Positions 55,245-64,000 of a stretch of 64,000 bases of DNA are shown in pieces. A program made the translations under genes and the position numbers. The notes below the pieces were generated by a model, which was given only the letters and a program-made list of their open reading frames with translations, was not told the DNA's origin and searched no databases. Origin of the DNA: Eledone cirrhosa (taxonomy: Eukaryota); NCBI GenBank assembly GCA_964016885.1, contig CAXHJY010001183.1, forward strand, positions 27,549 to 91,548, written 5' to 3'. Every line of letters starts with the position of its first letter. The stretch's first letter is position 1.

Positions 55245-55552
55245 TATATATACTTATAAAAAGGAAGTTTGTTTGTACGTTGCCCGCTAATAACATTAAG
55301 TATAATTGATAATAATTAAAGTTTTATGTGTTTTCAACTAATCTGACCTCCAACAAGCTCGCTGTTGATTTATTTTCCGAAAACGGAATGGCAGTGTCGA
55401 GTTGGGGAAAATTTACTGCTCTTTCTAGCACCCAGGTACTGTCTGTTCGTTTGTCATTCTATCAATATATAGAGAGAGTGAAGCACTACTCCACCTCTCA
55501 CTCAATCCACCCCCCCCCCCTCTTTCTAACTAAAACTTACACACACACACGT

Positions 55553-55583
<31 letters not shown>

Positions 55584-56692
55584 CTCATACGCGCACACAC
55601 ACACACACACGTATATATATATATATGTAGGCACTCACACATACACAGGTATATATGTCTACAATACTTATATAAAAGAAGTTTGTTTGTACGTTGACCA
55701 CTAAAAGCACTAAATGAAATTAGTAATAATTAAGGTTTTCCGTATGTTTTCAGATAATAAGACCTTCTATATGCTCGTAATCGACTTTTTTCTCCGAAAA
55801 CGGAATGCGGGGGAGCACTTTAGATTTTCCCAGCCTTGGAGATTTTTTCTGCGGGAACTTTTTTTATTTTCTAGACTTTTTCGTTTATTTTCGAACGATC
55901 CGACATCCAACCCCACTCGCCAACGACTCCTTTTTCCGAAAGCGGGGATGGGGAGTGGGGGAGACCCTCGGAGTTACAAATAAGCGCTTGTCGACCGTTT
56001 AAATTTATAGAAAAGCACCCGCTGGGGCTCGGGAAGAAATGATTTTCCTACGTTTTTTTCGTATGTTTTTAATCTGACCTCTTACATTCTTGCAATTGCC
56101 TTCTTTTCCGAAAATGGAATGGAGGAGATCAGGGGTAACCCTCGTATTTTCCCATCCTCGGAGATTTCTTCAGTGCAAATAACAAAGGCGGGAAGGGGGA
56201 CACTAGGAGTTACAGATAAGCATCTCTCAAACGTTTAAATTTATAGAAACGCAATCCCATGATACTGAAGGATGTTTTGATCGCTCATCATTTTGTAACG
56301 TTGTGGAAAGCGTTGCAAGCTTAATTAATTAATTGTTCGAAATCCGCCATTCCAATGAGGAGTGTGAAAGTGCAGCCCTTGCCCCAAAAAGCATCACAGT
56401 GAATGCCATCAACGAAATCTCTCACGAATGGTCCCTGGGCGTAGCAAGACCTATAAATCTATCGACAAATTTATCTACAAGGACAATGCTGTTGATTATC
56501 CCGTTGAATTTCTCAATCTGGAACTGTCCTATATGCTTCACAACCTTGAATTGAAGAAAGGCACAGTCAACCTGCTTCTCAGAGACCTGGATCAGCCACG
56601 ATTGTACGATGGGACACGTACGGTTGTGACTGAACTACAGCCTTACATTATCGAAGCCAAAATCCTCACTGGATGCGGTAAGGGAGACATTG

Positions 56693-56769
<77 letters not shown>

Positions 56770-57301
56770 TGGTAAACGGAATAGAAAATATATATATATA
56801 TATATATATATTGGTAAACGGAATAGAAAATATATATATATATAATACCGCTAATACCAACAGATATCGCCTTTCATTTCAAATGATTGCAATTCCCAGT
56901 GAGGGTCAATTACGCAATGACCATTAACAAGTCCCGAGGTCAAATCCTGCAGGTAGTCGGTCTCCATCTAGTATAGGGCTGGTTCTCACATAGTCAATTG
57001 CGTGTCGGTTATTCCAGACTAGGAAGGCCACACAAACTTTTCATATATGCTCCAAAGAAAGAACTTAAAAACATTGTATATAGTGAGGTTCGGTAAATGT
57101 TTTATAATTATAGAACACATTTTTCTATTATTTTCTTTATTACTTTTTGTATGATTTTTTAAATTATGTTATGCAATATTTAAATACATTTTAACATCTT
57201 TTATTCTAAAGAAAATGGACATTACGACAGATGACAATAGGTGCCTTATGAATAGATTTGAGCACAGTACAGACCGGAGCGAAGGCCGGGCAGATGTTAG
57301 T
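55245..57301 (+). mobile_element. Internally deleted Helitron with PIF1 helicase remnant
   Basis: 5'-type TATATACTTATAAAAAGGAAGTTTGTTTGT, repeated at about 55660. 3' hairpin CCGGAGCGAAGGCCGG followed by TTAG|T (CTAG variant) at about 57300. Confidence 0.75.
56330..57096 (+). pseudogene. Helitron PIF1-like helicase C-terminal pseudogene
   Basis: YPVEFLN...HNLELKKG...LLRDLDQPRLYDGTR, then after a (TA)n insertion LQFPVRVNYAMTINKSRGQ...FSHSQLRVGYSR. In-frame stops present. Confidence 0.9.
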
Positions 57302-57317
57302 GTATATATATATGTAA

Positions 57318-57350
<33 letters not shown>

Positions 57351-57489
57351 AGTAGGGGGGGGGGCAAGTAAAGCAAATGGGAAAAATGAAAGCAGAGACG
57401 AACAGTAGAACGAGAGGTGCGATTAAAGAAAGTGGACAAAATATGAAAATATAATGTTGTACATAAAACATATCTGGACATTTCCACAA

Positions 57490-58273
57490 TAATCATCATC
57501 AACATCATCATCACCACCACCATCATCAACATCATCATCATCACCGCCTCCACCATCATCAACATCATCACCGCCTCCACCATCATCAACATCATCACCG
57601 CCTCCACCATCATCATCAACATCATCATCGCCACCACCACCATCATCATCATCATCATCACCGCCACCATCATCAACATCATCATCACCACCACCATCAT
57701 CAACATCACCACCACCACCACCACCATCAACATCATCATCGCCACCACCACCATCATCAACCTCATCATCACCACCACCACCATCATCAACATCATCACC
57801 GCCTCCACCATCATCAACATCATCACCGCCACCACCATCATCAACATCATCATCATCACCGCCTCCACCATCATCAACAACATCACCACCACCACCACCA
57901 CCATCAACATCATCAACACCGCCTCCACCATCATCAACATCATCATCGCCACCACCACCATCATCAACATCATCATCACTGCCTCCACCATCATCAACAT
58001 CATCATCACCGCCACCACCACCGCCATCATCATCAACATCATCACCACCACCACCACCACCATCAACATCATCACCGCCACCGCCATCATCATCATCATC
58101 ATCACCACCACCACCACCATCAACATCATCACCGCCACCACCACCATCAACATCATCACCGCCACCGCCATCATCATCATCACCACCACCACCACCACCA
58201 TCATCAACATCATCACCACCACCATCACCACCACCACCACCATCAACATCATCACCACCACCACCACCATCAT

Positions 58274-58305
<32 letters not shown>

Positions 58306-58740
58306 TCATCACCACCACCACCACCACCACCATCAACATCATCACCGCCACCACCACCACCACCACCATCAACATCATCACCTCCACCACCACCACCACC
58401 ACCACCACCACAATCAACATCATCATCACCACCACCATCATCACCGCCACCACCACCACCACAATCAACATCATCACCACCACCACCACCATCATCACCG
58501 CCACCACCACCACCACCACCATCAACATCATCACCGCCACCACCGCCACCACCACCATCAACATCATCACCGCCACCACCGCCACCACCACCATCAACAT
58601 CATCACCGCCACCACCACCACCACCACCATCAACATCATCACCGCCACCACCACCACCACCATCAACATCATCACCACCACCACCACCATCAACACATTG
58701 TCACAATAATCATCATTGTTGTCATCATTATAATTATTAT
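57490..58740. repeat. Compound (CAT/CAC/CAA/CGC)n trinucleotide array
   Basis: About 1.2 kb in a single triplet phase, with recurring higher-order blocks such as CATCAACATCATCACCGCCACCACC. Confidence 0.95.
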
Positions 58741-58750
58741 AATGAGTCTG

Positions 58751-59116
58751 TTTAGTTATATATGTGGTTGTGTTAGTTATATATGTGGTTGTGTTAGTTA
58801 TATATGTGGTTGTGTTAGTTATATATGTGGTTGTGTTAGTTATATATGTGGTTGTGTTAGTTATATATGTGGTTGTGTTAGTTATATATGTGGTTGTGTT
58901 AGTTATATATGTGGTTGTGTTAGTTATATATGTGGTTGTGTTAGTTATATATGTGGTTGTGTTAGTTATATATGTGGTTGTGTTAGTTATATATGTGGTT
59001 GTGTTAGTTATATATGTGGTTGTGTTAGTTATATATGTGGTTGTGTTAGTTATATATGTGGTTGTGTTAGTTATATATGTGGTTGTGTTAGTTATATATG
59101 TGGTGGTGTTAGTTAT
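58751..59116. repeat. Near-perfect 21-bp minisatellite, about 17 units
   Basis: (TTAGTTATATATGTGGTTGTG)n. Confidence 0.97.
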
Positions 59117-59266
59117 TTAGATCTATTTTTACTTTATTTTCTGTTAGAGAATGAAACATTGCCAAGATGGTGGTCAAGGTAAAAAACATACTTGAAATTT
59201 GGACTTCTGAAACTAGAGAAAAAGTAAATCGTTTTTAATCATAAGTATCATCATAAATATATATAC

Positions 59267-59297
<31 letters not shown>

Positions 59298-59306
59298 CGT
59301 GAATGC

Positions 59307-59347
<41 letters not shown>

Positions 59348-59353
59348 CGTGAA

Positions 59354-59415
<62 letters not shown>

Positions 59416-59860
59416 AGATATACAGTTAAAAAGTGAAGATGAAAATGCACAGAAGTATATTTAAAGATTATTTTTTCTTTGATCCGACAAAATGAATAAT
59501 TTTATAATTGTTGCGTTAAATACAACCAGTTTCGATTGGTATAACAATCTTATCAAATATTAAATATTAAATACTTAAAAAATGTTTTTCATATATTATG
59601 TAAGCAGTTTGAATATATGTGAATTTTCTGTCAAAATGTCTTCTTATATGTATGTTCTTTATGAAGATGCGGTGGTGGAGGTGCAAGTGGTGTTTAACAA
59701 GTCAACATTCATTAAATTCACTTGGTTAAAAATAGAAAATGCTCTTATCATTCATAATAATACTCCAGATGGCATTTTTGATGTGTGTGTTTTGGGCGGG
59801 TATTAAGGAGGGGGCTCAATTGTGTCGAAAGGCCAGTTTGGGGTTTGGGAGTTGTGAAAG

Positions 59861-60197
59861 TAAGCTATAGCCACAGAACCACAGTTATAGCTTGCAAGGC
59901 GAGCGGAGCTATGCGCCCAGCGAAGCCGAAATAAGCTATAGCCACAGAACCATGGCTAGAGCTTGCAATGTGAGCGATGCTTTAAGTACAGCGAAGCCAA
60001 AGAAAACTATAGCCACAGAACCACAGCCAGAGCTTGCAAGGCGAGCGGTGCTGTAAGCACAGCTAAGCTAAAGTAAGCTATAGTCACAGAACCATGGCTT
60101 AAAGCTTGCAAAGCGAGCGGTGCTGTAAGCACAGCGATGCCGAAGTAAGCTCTAGCCACAGAACCTCAGCTAGAGCTTGCAAGGCGATTGGTGCTTC
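59861..60197. repeat. About 71-bp tandem repeat, about 4.7 units
   Basis: TAAGCTATAGCCACAGAACC...GCTTGCAAGGCGAGCGG-like units starting at about 59861, 59932, 60003, 60074 and 60146. Confidence 0.9.
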
Positions 60198-60436
60198 TAC
60201 TACATTCTACCTTCTTCTAACAGGCAGAACCAGAAACAAACAAAATAATAATAATAATCGTCTTCTTAGTCTTTGCCAATTAAAATTAGCAGTTATACAA
60301 TTATATAACCAGCAGTTGTACCTTTAAACCACTGAGACTGTTCGAACCATCAAATAACTAATTCTCTCTCTCCCTCTTTCTATCTCTTTCCCTCTTTCTC
60401 TCTCTCTCCCTCTGTATACATATATATATGTATATA

Positions 60437-60491
<55 letters not shown>

Positions 60492-61087
60492 AGAGAGAGA
60501 AAAACTGACTGACATGCCTACACAGATATTCATAAATACGCTCGTGAGTGTTGTACAAATATACCCGAATACACATATACATCATCTCCTTCCCCCTTGT
60601 ATTTTAGCCTTACTTTGCAACTGGAAGCCAGTTTCCTTGAAAACCTCTCGAAATCTCACAATATCACTTTTACTAACTACAAGAAAATCGAAATCTATAC
60701 GTATCTATAATATAGCGAACATTTTTTCATAGATAATCGAAATACAAGGACTAAGCCTAGTTTCTAATAACGGAAATAATGTAAATATATCACCCCACCC
60801 CCGCCATATCTTCTCAGCATCACATTGTATAACTTAATAGATTCTCCAGCTCAAATTTTGTTCGGGTCTCCCTTTCATCCTTCCGGGGTTGACAAAAGAA
60901 ACTACCAGTTTTTTGTAAACTCAGATTCTAAACATTCATATCTGAAACCGTTATCATCGTTCCTACTTAATGGATCTCATTCAAGATTATATCATAAGAT
61001 CCTTCCATACCGGCTTCCTTTATCATTTGTCAGACTCTACTTTTTGAATATTACTTATTTTCATATTTTCCCATACAAACAACTAAT

Positions 61088-61180
<93 letters not shown>

Positions 61181-61502
61181 TGTGTGTGTGTGTGTGTTTA
61201 ATTATGTGAGTATTAAAAAGCGCAGAAATGTTATAAAGATGGTGTAGGAGAGACACAAAATAAAAACTCAATCACTGAGAAGGTCACAGAATAAGTTTTG
61301 ACAATATATAAACAACCATTGGTTATCGAACCATGTTTATCGAACCAACCAGCCAACCGGAAATTTATAATAAATTGAAGTGAAAACAGCACGTGTGTTT
61401 TTATTGACAGCATGACCCTCCCAAAGTATAACGATATCTGTTTCAACACACGTTTTCAGATAAGAAATCTTGCAAAAGAAACTCAAAAACGAAATATATA
61501 TA

Positions 61503-61573
<71 letters not shown>

Positions 61574-61635
61574 CAGAAATATCCGTTGAAACGGCTTGAG
61601 TTCTGCCGTCGGGGTCTAACATTTTCCTATATATA

Positions 61636-63745
61636 TATCAGCAAAAAGATCCTCGATAGAGTTCTACCATCACTGCGGGCTGCTTCACCACTCCTACTCT
61701 GGAGCAGAACATCCGAGGCAATCTCTTGGTTCCAAGAATTGCCCGACAAACTCCACACTCGCTTCCTGCAACTCGACATAGAAGACTACTATGCTTCTAT
61801 CTCAGAGCCCCTATTGAAGGACGCACTTGCCTTTGCCAGGAATTTTACCACCATAACCGACGATGAGCAAGATGTGATCCTCCACACCCATAAGACCTTT
61901 CTACACCACGAGGGATCTTACTGGATCAACAAGAAGTCTCAAACCCCTTTTGACGTCAGCATGTGAGCAAGTGACTCGGCTGAAATAAGCGACCTCGTGG
62001 GCCTGTTCATCTTACACTACCTGAAGAGCCTCTTCACGGGCCTTACCGGAGCCTTGCACAAGATTAACCCCCAGAACCACTGATGGGTTTCGGAGAAACT
62101 TAAGCTCGTTCTTCCGTAATCTAGGATTAGAATAATCATAGAATCTAATATGACTAGGGCCAACTTTTTAGATGTCACTCTCGACCTAGATACTTCCCTC
62201 TATTACCCGTATCACAAACCTAACGAGTCCCTTAGATATATTAATGTTAATTCTAACCACCCCAAAACATCACAGATAACTTAGTAAAAAGCGTTTCAAT
62301 CAGAATCTCCGGCCTCTCGGCCAATGAAGATAACGCCTCTGTAACGCCTCTGCCTCCTACTACAATGACGCCCTCACCCGCAGCGGATTTAAAGAAAAGA
62401 TCACTTACCTAGAAACCACCTCAAAACTACCTAGGAGGAATAGGCATAGGCAGATTAGTTGGTACACCCCCACCCCCCTTCAATAGAGAGCTCTCTATAC
62501 CTATAGCTAGGATTTTCATCAATTTGTTGAATATACACTTCCCCACATAACATAGGTACTACACCATCTTTAATAAGAATACAATAAGACTCTCCTACTC
62601 ACTACACCTAACCTAGCCAGGAATATAGCCAATCTCAACACTACAAAATTAAATAAGACTACAACCTCCGAACCCAATCCCGGACGGGAGTCTTGTGCAA
62701 CTGCCAAAATAAGGAAGCCTGCCCACTTGAAAACAAATGCCTGGCAGATGACATCGTATACAAATGTGATGTCATCTCAGGCACCGATGACGACAACAAC
62801 AAAAAGACCTACAAAAAGACTTACATCGGCATGACTTCCAATAATTTTAAGACCCGGTGATATGCCTATACCCACTCTTTCAGAAGACCGGACAAATCAA
62901 ATCAGACAACACTCGCCTCCTATGTCTGGGACCTCAAAAGGAACTCCACCCCCACCCCTTGACGCTTAAATGGAAAATACTCCAGTAAGTGCGCTCATAC
63001 AAGGGAGGACACAAGTGCTGCGACCTTTGTATTTCAAAGAGCTATGAAATATTATTTGCCAAGGGCCCGCTACTGAACAAACTCTCTGAACACTGCCCGA
63101 ATTGCATGCACAAAAACTTTGCAACTTTCAAATACCTTAAGCCAGTGTTGATGCCAGATGGCTAAAAAGATTCCCTTTTTTTTTTTTTTATATTCCCACT
63201 CGACACCCGAAATATATCTTAAGAGAAACTTCACAATAAGGGGAAGCACCCCAAAACTTGAATTCTTTCTGCCTTTGTCACCCTAAATTCAGCTTTAAAG
63301 AATTAGCTTTTAAAGAATTCCCCTTTTTTTAAACCAATGAACCATACCCATCCTGTAGACACCTGACATACAGGCTTTGTTAGTTTAAGAGATACTTAAA
63401 AACAAGGATTGGTATTCCAATTTGAACCTGTTTACAGTATTCTTTCTGCCTTTGCACTCTTAATATAAATTATAGCCTTAAAGAATTAGCTTTTAATGAA
63501 TTCCCTTTTCTTTAAACCCATCAACCGATGACCTCCTACCATCCCATTCCCCACCCTCTCCTACCACCAGAAAAAGATATAAATACCACCACATTTACTT
63601 GGACAGTCAGCTTCCTGATGATTTCTCACGAATGAAACAGTTCTAGTTCTGTAGAAGCTTTTCTATATTAAAACATTTGTACTCTGCTATGTATTGAGTA
63701 CCTTACTTACTGTGGTTACGCCCGACTGAACTCAGAATAACTTAT
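61636..63745 (+). mobile_element. Decayed 5'-truncated Penelope-like element (Neptune-like): RT, GIY-YIG, 3' UTR and pLTR
   Basis: RT motifs ISKKILD, FLQLDIEDYYASIS and FDVSM*ASDSAEISDLVG. A Cys-rich linker at about 62695-62745, then IVYKC...KTYIGMTSNNFKTR and C-DL-C motifs. Stops and frameshifts present. (TA)n on both sides. Confidence 0.9.
63609..63659 (+). ncRNA. Type I hammerhead in PLE pLTR
   Basis: AGCTTC-CTGATGA(63615)-TTTC-TCAC-GAAT-GAAACAG-TTCTAGTT-CTGTA-GAAGCT. Perfect 6-bp stem I, 4-bp stem III, triplet GUA. Confidence 0.85.
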
Positions 63746-64000
63746 ATATATATATACACAGTATGTATATATATATGTGTGTGTGTGTGTGTATGTGTGT
63801 GTGTGTGTGTGTGTGTGATACTTGATCTCATGTAAAAGTCTACCCTAGTATGCTTAATTGTGGTATTTGTTTGGGGTTTTATTCTTAATTGTTTATTCTT
63901 TCTCTAGGACTTCTGATATTTTCTTTGAAAACAACGTTTTTTTATGATCCCTAAAGTACTACCGTGGGACTCCCGAAGAACCCACTTGCCATCAATATAT

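Noticed and set aside
57206-58696. 496-aa Met/Val-rich ORF
   Set aside because: It is the translation of a trinucleotide repeat that cannot contain stops; no domain or splice evidence.
58742-59182. ORFs with (SYICGCV)n repeats, or a CRISPR-like array
   Set aside because: It is a pure 21-bp tandem repeat with no spacers, in a eukaryotic context.
59861-60197. 71-bp periodic array as CRISPR or tRNA array
   Set aside because: Whole units are homologous, with no unique spacers and no cloverleaf or B box.

Overview
AT-rich, microsatellite-dense animal genomic DNA, intergenic or intronic, with no host exon I can support. The SINE and microsatellite mix suggests a cephalopod such as Octopus (inference). 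Almost all ORF-track entries are microsatellite artefacts. Real coding remnants are decayed transposons: Tc1/mariner-type DDE, two RTE-like LINEs, a Tx1/L1-like LINE, an R4/Dong-like endonuclease, an Ingi/Vingi-like 3' end, a Helitron PIF1 helicase and two Penelope-like element (PLE) remnants. There are also many tRNA-derived SINEs, a truncated tRNA-Phe and several minisatellites. The main unexplained signal is about 20 intact or decayed type I hammerhead ribozyme (HHR) motifs (CTGANGA-stem II-GAAA-stem III-NUH), folded by eye, from roughly ten unrelated sequence families. They sit in mostly non-coding 0.1-1.5 kb elements inserted at (TA)n tracts, often as inverted (foldback) duplications. One locus is a terminally redundant 656-nt unit suggestive of a circular or multimeric RNA template. 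This looks like a diverse retrozyme-like or non-autonomous PLE system. Ribozyme activity is untested.
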